Shown one piece after another: positions 1 to 9,084 of a stretch of 32,000 nucleotides of DNA (position 1 is its first letter; the number at the start of each line of letters is the position of its first letter). This DNA is from Candidatus Saccharimonadota bacterium (GTDB lineage: Bacteria > Patescibacteriota > Gracilibacteria > BD1-5 > UBA6164). The notes beneath the pieces were generated by a model. That model did no database searches. It was given only the letters and a program-made list of their open reading frames with translations, and had not been told where the DNA came from. The position numbers and the translations under genes were made by a program. Location of the stretch: NCBI GenBank assembly GCA_965227835.1, contig OZ245768.1, positions 1,140,001 to 1,172,000 of the forward strand, written 5' to 3'.

Positions 1-52
1 ATTTTATATAATTTTTTTAAATATTTTACATACAATTAATTATATAAAAAAT

Positions 53-1300
53 ATGATGGATCCTTTTAAAAATGCTTTGAAGCAACTTAACGATTCTTGC
101 AGTCTTTTTGAGTACTGTACAAACAATGAAAATATATTTGCTCAAATTTCACAGCCTAAAAGAGTTTTGGAAGTAAATCTTCCAGTTGAAATGGATGACT
201 GAAGTATCAAAGTTTTTACAGCTTATAGATCACAACATAATGATTCAAGATGACCTTTTAAATGAGGTATTAGATTTCATCCAGATGTTACTTTGTCTGA
301 AGTAAAAGCTCTTTCTTTATGGATGACTTTTAAATGCTGAGTGATTGATATTCCTCTTGGTTGATGAAAGGGAGGAGTAATTGTAAATCCTAAAGATTTA
401 AGCGAGAGAGAATTAGAAAGACTTTCTAGGGCTTATGTAAGAGCTATATTTAAATATATTTGACCTGATAGTGATATTCCAGCTCCAGATGTAAATACAA
501 ATCCAAAAATAATGGCATGGATGATGGATGAATATTCTGTTTTAGCTTGAAAATATTCTCCTTGAAGTTTTACATGAAAGCCTCTTGAAATATGAGGAAG
601 TAAGGGAAGAGCTACAGCTACAGCACAAGGTTGAGTTTATGTATTGCAAACTATTTTAAAAGAATTCTCACTGGATATTAAGTGAAAAAAGATTGCTATA
701 CAATGAGCTTGAAATGCTTGATTGACAGCTTGAGAATTACTGAAAGATTTATGAGCTAGGATAGTTGCTATTTCTGACTCTAAATGATGAGTTTATGATG
801 AAAACTGACTAGATTTGTGAGAAATTTCTAGACTTAAAGCTTCTAGGAAGTCTGTTATAGAATATAGTTGAGGTTCTATCTTAAAAGCAAAAGAAATTCT
901 TGAACTTGATGTAGATATTTTAATTCCTGCCGCTCTTGAAAATCAAATTACTTTGAAAAATGCTTCCAGTATAAAGGCTCCTTTTATATTAGAACTTGCC
1001 AACGGACCTGTTACACCAGAAGCAGATGAGATTTTAGAAAAAAACTCTATAAAGGTAGTTCCAGATATTTTAGCAAATTCGGGAGGAGTTATGGTTTCTT
1101 ATTTTGAGCAGGTTCAAAATAATATGAATTTTTATTGGGATGAGCAAGAAGTTGATTCTAAACTTTATAAAAAGATAAGTAGTGCTAGTATTGATGTTTT
1201 CAATACTTCTAAGCAGTATGGTTGTAGTCTTAGAAATTGAGCATATATAGTTTCTATAAAAAGAGTTATGGATGCTATGAAACTTAGAACAGAGGTTTAA
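53..1300 (+). CDS. gdhA: NAD(P)-dependent glutamate dehydrogenase, 415 aa (table 25)
   Basis: ATG at 53, TAA at 1298-1300. No in-frame TAA/TAG (checked triplet by triplet), but 24 in-frame TGA. With TGA=Gly it gives RGPFKGGIRFHP (TGA at 252, 264), PLGGGKGG (TGA at 363, 366) and the IQGAGNAG dinucleotide loop (TGA at 704, 710, 719). The standard-code track sees only the last 95 aa (953..1240). Confidence 0.92.
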
Positions 1301-1321
1301 AAATTTCCTCAAAAAATTTTT

Positions 1322-1376
1322 TCAACAGAGAGCTTTAGATTTTTGCTATTGTAGTAAATTTCTATTTTTGAAAAAA
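1322..1376. repeat. REP-like palindromic intergenic element, copy 1 (degenerate)
   Basis: TCAACAGAGAGCTTTAGATTTTTG followed by ...TTTCTATTTTTGAAAAAA. Same ~55-nt architecture as 19862..19916. The core also occurs at 22131..22154 and inverted at 24877..24905. Confidence 0.6.
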
Positions 1377-1381
1377 GAAAG

Positions 1382-1400
1382 CCCCGGTCTGGAACCGGGG
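1382..1400. terminator. Bidirectional stem-loop CCCCGG-TCTGGAA-CCGGGG between convergent gdhA and small ORF A
   Basis: Perfect 6-bp GC stem flanked by an A-run upstream and a T-rich tract downstream. The identical hairpin recurs at 1819..1837 and 3951..3969, behind the paralogous small ORFs. Confidence 0.6.
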
Positions 1401-1405
1401 ATTTT

Positions 1406-1672
1406 CTAGTTTTGCTTTTTGTTTAAGGTTTCACTAATATGTAACATTATTCTTTTTTCTGCATCACTAATGTGTGATATTATTACTTTTCTTAAATTAC
1501 AAATAAGATCACCTATTAATAAAATGAAAAAAAATAATGCTAACACAAAAAAAAATTTATTCCCTTCAAATAAGGCCACATGAAGACAAAGAAGTGGTAA
1601 AGATGTAACCACTATTTTAGAAATCAAATTTACTATTTTAGCAATATTACCAACAATACCAAATTCTTCCAT
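1406..1672 (-). CDS. Small membrane protein A, 88 aa, function unknown
   Basis: ORF-track ORF with ATG at 1672 and TAG at 1406-1408. Hydrophobic segments (VTSLPLLCLHVALF, FFFVLALFFFILLIGDLI). Has its own conserved upstream leader and terminator hairpin. Contains no TGA. Confidence 0.6.
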   Translation of the reverse strand: MEEFGIVGNIAKIVNLISKIVVTSLPLLCLHVALFEGNKFFFVLALFFFILLIGDLICNLRKVIISHISDAEKRIMLHISETLNKKQN

Positions 1673-1693
1673 AACAGTTCTCCTAAAGAAGAA

Positions 1694-1772
1694 ACAGCAA
1701 AACTATACGAGATATATAGATTTGCCATTTAAAGGTTTAAAAATTAAAACAGAAAAAGCAAATTTTCTATTC
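1694..1772 (-). promoter_or_regulatory. Conserved ~80-nt upstream/leader box of the small membrane-protein cassettes (copy upstream of ORF A)
   Basis: ACAGCAAAA..TATAGATTTGCCATTTAAAGGTTTAAAAATTAAAACAGAAAAAGCAAATTTTCTATTC is shared nearly verbatim with 2142..2221, 3826..3904 and 4274..4353. Each copy lies directly upstream (minus strand) of a small ORF. Confidence 0.5.
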
Positions 1773-1818
1773 TCGTATATTGATTATATCATATTTTTCA
1801 CATATAAGTCAAAAAAAT

Positions 1819-1837
1819 CCCCGGTCTGGAACCGGGG
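1819..1837. terminator. Stem-loop CCCCGGTCTGGAACCGGGG downstream of small ORF B
   Basis: Same hairpin as 1382..1400. Lies 17 nt past the TAG of ORF B on the minus strand. Confidence 0.55.
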
Positions 1838-1853
1838 AGAGTTTTGTCTTTTG

Positions 1854-2120
1854 CTATCCTGTTGGCATTTCTTGAGAGATAAAATTCTTATCAAAATTTA
1901 CCATTTTATCTATCGTTGATATAGCGATAAACATAATAGAAACTCCTCCTCCGATAAAGCTTGCTATAATTAAATAGTTGAAATTACCATAATCATTTGA
2001 AAACCCATAGTTTATAGCACAGTTCATAAGGTGAAAAATTCCTACAACAATAAGTGATAATCCTAAAAAACAAAAAATACTTTTAATGTTTTCCAAAGAA
2101 ACTAGTGAAGATTTTTTCAT
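1854..2120 (-). CDS. Small membrane protein B, 88 aa, two predicted TM helices, function unknown
   Basis: ATG at 2120, TAG at 1854-1856. Hydrophobic stretches IFCFLGLSLIVVGIFHL and YLIIASFIGGGVSIMFIAI. Eight Gly codons, all GGN (no TGA). Paralog B' at 3986..4252. Confidence 0.65.
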   Translation of the reverse strand: MKKSSLVSLENIKSIFCFLGLSLIVVGIFHLMNCAINYGFSNDYGNFNYLIIASFIGGGVSIMFIAISTIDKMVNFDKNFISQEMPTG

Positions 2121-2141
2121 AAAATATTCTCCTTGGATGTA

Positions 2142-2221
2142 ACAGCAAAATTATATGGATAGATATAGATTTGCCATTTAAAGGTTTAAAAATTAAAACA
2201 GAAAAAGCAAATTTTCTATTC
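2142..2221 (-). promoter_or_regulatory. Conserved leader box, copy upstream of ORF B
   Basis: See 1694..1772. Same ~80-nt sequence. Confidence 0.5.
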
Positions 2222-2371
2222 CTCCATATATTTAATTTTAATTATAAGACAAATAATGTCAAAATTTTTTATTCACAAAACTCCCCATTTTTTTTAACAA
2301 AAAAGTCTAAAAAAAGCTTGACAGAGGGGATAATCTAATAATTGAAGTAATATATTATTATTACTTTTTTT

Positions 2372-3460
2372 ATGCAAGAAATACAAAAAATAATAAACAA
2401 AGAACTATGATATTTAATGAAATATGAATGCAAAAATGATAAAAGATTTATTAAAGAGTTTTTTTGAGATATAATAAAGCTAAGAACAACAATAATGAAC
2501 AAATTATGATTTTGAAAATATAAAAATCCTAACAAAATGAGTGAAAAAATAAAACATTTCTTTGAAAAAGATAGTTTTAAAAATTTTAACCTAAAAGTAG
2601 AAAAAAGATGTTTTTCTATGTTATGAAAAATAAATAAAAATGATTATATAGTTTTTGATGAAGTTGATATAGCAAAACAATACTCAAAGAAGCTAGAAAA
2701 TTTATCTAAAGTAAGAGATTGAAGTACTTGAAATATAGTTTCTTGATATATGTATCATTGAGTAAGTATAAATTGAATTCCTGTAATACTTGAGTATGAA
2801 GATTTAACTAATAAATTTAAATCTGAATATTTTTGAAAATTAATTAAAAAAGTAGAAGATTATACTAAATGAAAGTGAATATATGTATATGATGCTTGAT
2901 ATGATATAGCATCATATATAGAGTTTTTAAATAATAGTGTAAATAGATGGATAATAAGAGCTAAAAAGAATAGGATATATTTTGATTTAAAAACCAATAA
3001 ATATTTGAAATTAAAGGAATTTAAAGATTGAGTTCATAAGGTAAGAATTAATTCAGTTAATGAATCAATATATCTTCATATTAAATCAAATCCTAAATTT
3101 CCTGAACCAATGAGGATATTATCAAATTCAAGAAAAACAGATATAGAAGAATATAAACAAAGACGGGAAATAGAGACAATATTTAAAACTATGAAGCAGG
3201 AGTTTCAGCTTGAGAAACTTCAAGCTAAGAGTTTAATAGTATTTAAAAATTTTGTTTCTACTATACAGTTGGCTATGGCTTTGACTAGGACTATATATAA
3301 AAAGAATAATTCTTTTTGTGAGAATCAGAGGTTTATACTTTCTTCTAGATTTAAATCTAGATTTAGAGATTATACAAAATCTCGATGAATAACTATGAAT
3401 TCTAATTCTCAAAACTACCCACTTTTTATAAAAAGTATACCTATATTTTACTTTAAATAA
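2372..3460 (+). CDS. DDE transposase (DDE_Tnp_1-like), 362 aa from ATG 2372 (alternative starts at 2495 and 2537)
   Basis: Open under table 25 (checked). Candidate DDE residues in IVFDEVDI and YVYDAGYD (the G is TGA). C-terminal Y-x2-R-x3-E-x6-K signature YKQRREIETIFKTMK. The standard track sees only 3110..3388. Confidence 0.8.
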
Positions 3461-3779
3461 AGGGAAATTAAGCTATTTTTAGTGTTTTATCTTTAGTATT
3501 TTATAAATGACTTATTTAAGCTAACTTTATCTTTATAAAATTCAATCAATATAAAATCTCTGTTTTTACTTATATAAAGGTAAAAAATAAAATATAAAAT
3601 ACAAAAAACTGGGTAGATTTAAGCTAATTCTATTGTTAAATTTATATCTTATTGTTTAACAAAGTTGTATAAACCTCCTAAAAAACATATTAAAAATTTA
3701 AACAATAAAAACAACCTACATTTCCCTCAGTTATCCTTATTCTCATATGTCGATTTTATAAAAAGTGGGTAGTTTTGAG
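3408..3779. repeat. MITE-like sub-element bounded by perfect 26-nt inverted repeats inside the IS
   Basis: CTCAAAACTACCCACTTTTTATAAAA at 3408..3433 is the exact reverse complement of 3754..3779. The left copy lies within the last 53 nt of the transposase ORF. The ~320-nt interior is non-coding. Confidence 0.6.
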
Positions 3780-3804
3780 TACCAACAATACCAAATTCTT
3801 CCAT
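3780..3804 (-). pseudogene. 5' fragment of a second copy of small ORF A (8 codons, MEEFGIVG), truncated by the IS
   Basis: Identical to 1648..1672. The reading frame runs straight into the IS right end at 3779. Confidence 0.7.
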
Positions 3805-3825
3805 AACAGTTCTCCTAAAGAAGAA

Positions 3826-3904
3826 ACAGCAAAACTATACGAGATATATAGATTTGCCATTTAAAGGTTTAAAAATTAAAACAGAAAAAGCAAATTTTCT
3901 ATTC
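3826..3904 (-). promoter_or_regulatory. Conserved leader box, copy upstream of the truncated ORF A'
   Basis: Identical to 1694..1772. Confidence 0.45.
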
Positions 3905-3950
3905 TCGTATATTGATTATATCATATTTTTCACATATAAGTCAAAAAAAT

Positions 3951-3969
3951 CCCCGGTCTGGAACCGGGG
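3951..3969. terminator. Stem-loop CCCCGGTCTGGAACCGGGG downstream of ORF B'
   Basis: Identical to 1819..1837. Confidence 0.55.
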
Positions 3970-3985
3970 AGAGTTTTGTCTTTTG

Positions 3986-4252
3986 CTATCCTGTTGGCAT
4001 TTCTTGAGAGATAAAATTCTTATCAAAATTTAACATTCTATCTATCGTTGATGTAGCGATAAACATAATAGAAGCTCCTCCTCCGATAAAGTTTGCTATA
4101 ATTAAATAGTTGAAATTACCATAATCATTTGAAAACCCATAGTTTATAGCACAGTTCATAAGGTGAAAAATTCCTACAACAATAAGTGATAATCCTAAAA
4201 AACAAAAAATACTTTTAATGTTTTCCAAAGAAACTAGTGAAGATTTTTTCAT
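3986..4252 (-). CDS. Small membrane protein B' (paralog of B), 88 aa
   Basis: Differs from B at 5 residues (S->N, V->A, I->T, K->R, V->L), all within the C-terminal 21 codons. Confidence 0.65.
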   Translation of the reverse strand: MKKSSLVSLENIKSIFCFLGLSLIVVGIFHLMNCAINYGFSNDYGNFNYLIIANFIGGGASIMFIATSTIDRMLNFDKNFISQEMPTG

Positions 4253-4273
4253 AAAATATTCTCCTTGGATGTA

Positions 4274-4353
4274 ACAGCAAAATTATATGGATAGATATAG
4301 ATTTGCCATTTAAAGGTTTAAAAATTAAAACAGAAAAAGCAAATTTTCTATTC
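4274..4353 (-). promoter_or_regulatory. Conserved leader box, copy upstream of ORF B'
   Basis: Identical to 2142..2221. Confidence 0.5.
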
Positions 4354-4452
4354 CTCCATATATTTAATTTTAATTATAAGACAAATAATGTCAAAATTTT
4401 TTAGTTTCTAGATTTATCCTCTTGTATTCCTTTAAAAATAACTAATTTTTTT

Positions 4453-4480
4453 TTGACTTCAAAACACTTTTTTATAAAAT
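4453..4480 (+). promoter_or_regulatory. Candidate sigma-70-type promoter of rpsF-ssb-rpsR
   Basis: TTGACT (4453-4458), 16-nt spacer, TAAAAT (4475-4480). AAGGA lies a few nt before ATG 4556. Confidence 0.4.
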
Positions 4481-4555
4481 ACCTTTGCTTTTCAAAAAAA
4501 GCTTTTTATCCTTCTTTTTATTTAATTATAAAAAGATTTAATCCAAAGGAAAAAT

Positions 4556-4843
4556 ATGGCAAATTATGAACTTATGTTTATAATAGATCCTGCTTTACCA
4601 GAAGAAGATAGGAATAAATCTATTGATAAACTAAAAGCTGTTTTTGATAAAAATTCTATAAAAATAGAAAAACAAGATCTTATTTGAGATCAAAAACTAG
4701 CCTATAAAATAAATAAGTCTTCTAAATGATATTATGTTTTATTAGATTTAGAAATGGACTGAAAAGAAATCAAAAATATTTCAAAAGACATAAATCTAGA
4801 TAAAAGTATTTGGAGATATATGTTTACAAAAAAAGAAATATAA
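4556..4843 (+). CDS. rpsF: 30S ribosomal protein S6, 95 aa
   Basis: MANYELMFIIDPAL...LAYKINK..GYYVLL pattern. Classic rpsF-ssb-rpsR order. 3 in-frame TGA read as Gly. Frame checked. Confidence 0.88.
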
Positions 4844-4887
4844 GGCCTTTTCGAAGAATATAAAAATATTTTATTAAAAAAACTAAA

Positions 4888-5283
4888 ATGAGAACAATAA
4901 ATAAAGTTATACTTATTGGAAATATAACTAAAGATCCTACAGTGAGGACTACTGAAGGAGGTAAAAAAATAGCTATGTTTACTATAGCTACAAATAGAAA
5001 TTTTAAAGATTCAAATGGAGAAGATAGATCCGAAGCTGAGTTCAACAACTGTGTTGTTTGGTGAGCTTTGGCTGATAGAGCCGAATCTTTCGTAAAAAAA
5101 GGTAAACTAGTTTATGCTGAATGAAGATTAAAAACTAGGGTTTTAGAAAAAGAAAATGGAGAAAAATCTTACAGAACAGAGATAGTTGTATCAAATTTGA
5201 TATTTTTAAACAAAAAATCTGATTTTGATTGATGAGAAGAAACATCTGATGAACTAGATTCAATAGATTCAGATGTATTTTAA
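4888..5283 (+). CDS. ssb: Single-stranded DNA-binding protein, 131 aa
   Basis: MRTINKVILIGNITKDP OB-fold start, CVVWG (G is TGA at 5062), acidic C-terminal tail DSIDSDVF. Frame checked. Confidence 0.9.
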
Positions 5284-5310
5284 ACTATATTTTAATTAAA
5301 AATTATTTAT

Positions 5311-5529
5311 ATGACTAAAAAAATATGTCCGTTGGACTGACAAAACATTGATTATAAGAATGTATCTTTATTAAAAAAATACATTACTAAATTTGGTAAA
5401 ATAGTACCTAGATACTATTCTGGAGTTTCATTGAAAAACCAAAAAAAACTATCTAAAGCTATTAAAAGAGCTAGAATTATGGCTCTTATACCTTTTGTTA
5501 AAACTTATGATCCAGAATACAATGGATAG
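5311..5529 (+). CDS. rpsR: 30S ribosomal protein S18, 72 aa
   Basis: [49 protein letters not shown] matches the S18 core. TAG at 5527-5529. Confidence 0.9.
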
Positions 5530-5562
5530 TATTTAGATTTTCTTTCATTATTATATAAAAGC

Positions 5563-5589
5563 AAAAAACCTCTTTTCAGAGGTTTTTTT
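5563..5589 (+). terminator. Rho-independent terminator after rpsR
   Basis: AAAAAACCTCT-TTTC-AGAGGTTTTTTT: stem-loop followed by a T-run. Confidence 0.75.
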
Positions 5590-5745
5590 AAGCTAATTTT
5601 TCAGTCTCTCCTTAAATTCCTTATTTATAGTTTGCAAAGAACTAAGACTCTCTTTTGAATTAAGAATATATTAAACCTTATGTCTTAATAGAATAATCTT
5701 ACAGAAGTTCATACAAATAAAAAGTTTATATTACATTAATAACCT

Positions 5746-7746
5746 TTAAACTAAAATTTTAAAATACATTATCAAATCATCAAAATTAACTTTTTCCAAC
5801 TCAACTTTTAAATGATCTCAAATTTTATAAAAAATATTTTTTCTTTTATCTTCAAACTGCATTAGTTTTTCGTTATAAAAAAAATTATTTCTGTTATTAG
5901 ATTTTTTTCAATTTTCTAGGCTTATAAAACCCTCTGACCCATTTTCTAGAGTTATAAAAAGTCACCTTGTATTTACTCCAGAAATATATGTGTCAAATAC
6001 TTCTCAAATTTTATTTTCATAAAATTTACATATGTAGAAATCTCTTGCTTTGTATTCCAAAGATTCAGCATTTCTTTCTTGTTTTGAGCAATTATCTGCT
6101 ACATTATCTAAAATAAGCTTGTAGTTATTTAAAGCTTCTTTTGAGAGTTTGTTTTTAATTTTATCTTTTATTATTCTGTGTATTTGTAAATCAGGGTATC
6201 TTCTTATAGGTGAAGTAAAATGGCTGTAAAAATCAATTCATAAACCAAAATGTCACTTATTTTTTGTAGAATAGTTAGCCTTGGATAATGATCTTAAAAT
6301 TACTTTCTCAATTATTTGTCTGCTTTTATGGCTTTTAATTTCCTCTAAAAGCAAACTAAATTCCTTACTGTCATATTTTTTAAACATAAAATTTATTCAA
6401 AATAAATTTAAACTATCCTGTAAAATATTAATATCATCTAAACATGGTTTTTCATGAACTCTGTATAAAAAAGGGATATTTGAGAAAAGTTTTCAAACAC
6501 TTTGATTTGCTGAAACCATGAAAACTTCTATAAGTTTATTTGATTCAAATCTAGGCTGTTTTTCTATTCATAAAACTTCCCTTTTTTTGTTTAAAATAAT
6601 TTTTAATTCTGGGAATTCAAAGTCTAAAGTTCATGATTCAATTCTATTTTTTTCAATAAGATATTTTATCTCCCAAGCTAAATTGATATTATTTTCTAAT
6701 TCTTTATCTAGAACTCAATCTCAAAAAAGCTTATCTCATATATTTAAAACTTTATTTTTCTTATATTTATTAGAAAACTCATATTTTTCTTTTGCTCAAA
6801 TTTTATCAACTTCTTCATATGTAAGTCTAAATTTTGACTTTATTAAACTTTCATATACTTCTGCTTTTTTTATATTTCAGTTTTTCAAGACTAGCATTTC
6901 GCATGTTAAAGTTAATTTTTCGGTATTTGGATTTAAACTACAAAGATTATTTGATAATTTTTCTGGTAACATAGGCAATACCCTATCTGCTAAATATACA
7001 GATGTAGCTCTTTTTAGTGCAATTTTATCAAGACTGGAATTTTTGGAAACATAGTTTGAAACATCAGCTATATGAACATATAGTTTATAGCTTTGTTCGT
7101 CTAACTTTTCTACAGATATTGCATCATCTAGATCTTTTGCATCTGGAGAATCAATTGTAAAAGTAAATAGATCTCTTAAATCTTTTCTTGATTTTTTGAT
7201 TTCACTTTTTATATCAATTGTTTCTTTAATTTGTTTTACCTCATTTTCCACACCTTCTCCAAATTTTTCCCTAAATCATGCTTCTAGTATATAGGCATCT
7301 ATATACTTGTTTTTTGCACTTCAAAAAACTTCAATTATCTTTCATTTTGGAGATTTTTTATCATCCCAAGAAACAACTTTTACTCACACTAAATCTCAAT
7401 CTATTGCTTTTTTGAAATATTTTTCTGGAACAAATATATCGGTTTGAATTTTTTTGTTTTTTACTAAAACAAATCCAAATCTATAATAATTATTTTTTGA
7501 TTTTTTTGATTTTTGAAAAATACCTATAAATACATCTCTTTTTCTTTTTAAGATTTTTTTTATTACTGCTTCTTCTCTTCCTCTGAAAATTTTTACTTCT
7601 GCTAATACTTCATCTCAATCTAGTGCTTTTTTTCTATTTGAAAAATGTGTGAAATATCATTTTTTTGTACTTTCTACATCTACAAAACCAAATTCTCATG
7701 ATTTTGAAGAGTGATATATTCAAATTATGTTTTGTTTTTCTTTCAT
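5746..7746 (-). CDS. rnr: Ribonuclease R (RNB family 3'-5' exoribonuclease), 666 aa
   Basis: ATG at 7746, TAA at 5746-5748. No in-frame TAA/TAG over 667 codons (checked). RNB motifs [24 protein letters not shown] and [27 protein letters not shown]-terminal cold-shock-like region. The track sees only 6877..7251. Confidence 0.92.
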
Positions 7747-7832
7747 TTAAATAATAATTTTTAATTATTCTTGTTAATTAGTTTTATAAAAGAAATTTAA
7801 AATATTTCAATGATGAGTTTTTTAGAAAATAC

Positions 7833-7861
7833 TTGTATATATAAATTTAATATGATAGAAT
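7833..7861 (+). promoter_or_regulatory. Candidate promoter for the 355-aa membrane protein gene
   Basis: TTGTAT (7833-7838), 17-nt spacer, TAGAAT (7856-7861). Lies 34 nt upstream of ATG 7895. Confidence 0.35.
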
Positions 7862-7894
7862 TTTTATGTATTTTATTTTAATAACAAATTTTTT

Positions 7895-8962
7895 ATGAAT
7901 TTTTGAGATATAGCAAATATAGCTAATAGTGTTAACAATATGGCTAACAAATGAAATAATAATTATTGAAGCAATAATGAAAACATTAATAAAACTTGAG
8001 TTAGCAATAAAAATAGTAATTTTTCTAAAAAGAAAAAAGTTCCTTTTAAAGAACAGCTAAAAAACACATTTTTTCTTTTAAAAAATACTTTTAAAATTTT
8101 AGGGAGAAATAAAGATATAGTTAAACCCACAATGTTTTCTGTATATTATAGTTTGATATTAAGAATATGATTTTATGTAATGATAGTATCATTTGTTTTA
8201 AATGTTTTATTATGATTACTATTATTATTGATATGGATTATAGCTTTTATCTATAAGTTTTTTTATTTAGCTAAACAAAAGGCTAATCAATCATATTTAG
8301 TATATAATATAATCTCTTGAAACAATATTTCATACAAAAAATCATTAGATTATACAAAAAATGATTTTAATAAATATAAATCAATTGCATTTATAGATAT
8401 GGCTAGATGATACATAGATAAAGCAAATGATTGAAAAGGTGGAGGGATTAAATGAATGTTAATTGGTTTAATTTTATCATGACTAGAGGAAGTTTTAGAT
8501 TTAATTAGTAATTATTTACTACCTGCAATGGTAATTGAGAACAAAAGTATGCTTGAATCAAAAGATGATTTAAAAGCTGTAAAAGACAATGTGCCCCAAA
8601 CTCTTGCATGAGTTTTTTGAATAGATTTTTTATGAAGTTGTATTAATAGTTTACTTTGATTAACATACCTTATTATGATAGTAGCTTCATGATTAATTGG
8701 TTGGTTAATCTGATATTCTTCAGAAAATATATTTATGGCAATGTTGCCTTCAATTATAACTTTTGTGATAATATCTCTTATTTCTATAGTAATACTTAGA
8801 TTAGTAGATGGTGTAAAAGTTGTTTATTTCACAGTTTTTTATACAAGTATAATGAAGTCTGAAAGTATCACAGATGATTTAAAGGATGAATTACAAAATT
8901 ATTTACAATTTAAAGAAAAAAATGAAACAAAGAGTATGATAAATGAAGAAAGATTGTGATAA
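7895..8962 (+). CDS. Polytopic membrane protein, 355 aa, Asn-rich N-terminus, function unknown
   Basis: Open under table 25 (checked). Several hydrophobic helices (FYVMIVSFVLNVLLGLLLLLIWIIAFIY, LTYLIMIVASGLIGWLIGY, AMLPSIITFVIISLISIVIL). Ends TTG TGA TAA. Confidence 0.7.
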
Positions 8963-8994
8963 TATTTTGTTAAAAAAATTGATTAAATATAAAA

Positions 8995-9025
8995 GCCAGA
9001 AACAAAAAAATTTCTGGCTTTTTTT
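8995..9025 (+). terminator. Rho-independent terminator
   Basis: GCCAGAAA-loop-TTTCTGGC followed by TTTTTTT. Confidence 0.75.
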
Positions 9026-9029
9026 GTCT

Positions 9030-9057
9030 TTGATATTTTCTAGATTATAGCTATATT
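9030..9057 (+). promoter_or_regulatory. Candidate promoter of the HNH nuclease gene
   Basis: TTGATA (9030-9035), 16-nt spacer, TATATT (9052-9057). Confidence 0.3.
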
Positions 9058-9084
9058 GTATTATATATCTTTTAAGAATATAGA

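Larger units (their letters stand above)
1648..2271. repeat. 624-bp direct repeat, copy 1 (first 8 codons and upstream region of ORF A, all of ORF B and its upstream region)
   Basis: Identical to 3780..4403 (offset 2132) except for 5 substitutions at 1901, 1906, 1921, 1942 and 1960. Confidence 0.95.
2272..3779 (+). mobile_element. Insertion sequence (~1.5 kb, IS4/IS5-superfamily DDE type) at the junction of the 624-bp direct repeats
   Basis: Imperfect terminal inverted repeats: left TTCACAAAACTCCCCATTTTT (2272..) and right ...AAAAAGTGGGTAGTTTTGAG (to 3779). Carries one transposase ORF. The flanks (..AAATTTTTTA | TACCAACAAT..) show no target-site duplication. Confidence 0.75.
3780..4403. repeat. 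624-bp direct repeat, copy 2
   Basis: See 1648..2271. Confidence 0.95.

Noticed and set aside
1901-1960. Diversity-generating retroelement (template/variable repeat pair) as the cause of the clustered substitutions between ORF B and B'.
   Set aside because: On the coding strand the changes are G->T, A->G, T->C, T->C and G->A, so they are not adenine-specific. No reverse transcriptase gene is present in the window.
2372-2536. Uncertainty over whether the transposase starts at ATG 2537 (as the conserved part suggests) or further upstream.
   Set aside because: Not resolved. The frame is open back to a TAA at 2348-2350, with ATGs at 2372, 2417, 2495 and 2537. I report the longest ORF and flag the alternatives rather than calling a separate feature.
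6518-7054. Standard-code ORFs on the strand opposite to the table-25 genes: 6518..7054 (+, 178 aa), 26195..26608 (+), 29682..30080 (+), 18427..18789 (-), 10054..10275 (+), 11593..11838 (+), 1070..1312 (-), 2335..2535 (-), 4824..5048 (-), 20243..20482 (-), 21113..21301 (-), 21500..21715 (-).
   Set aside because: Each lies antisense to, or out of frame within, a long motif-bearing table-25 CDS (rnr, the 639-aa gene, ybeY, the FecR gene, the giant ORF, gdhA, the transposase, ssb, the cyclase). Their translations are low-complexity F/L/I/S-rich strings typical of shadow ORFs in AT-rich DNA.
8957-8962. TGA-TAA tandem ending of the 355-aa membrane protein gene as evidence of foreign origin, as argued for the HNH gene.
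   Set aside because: This gene uses TGA=Gly many times internally, so it is native. The terminal TGA TAA simply adds a C-terminal Gly.
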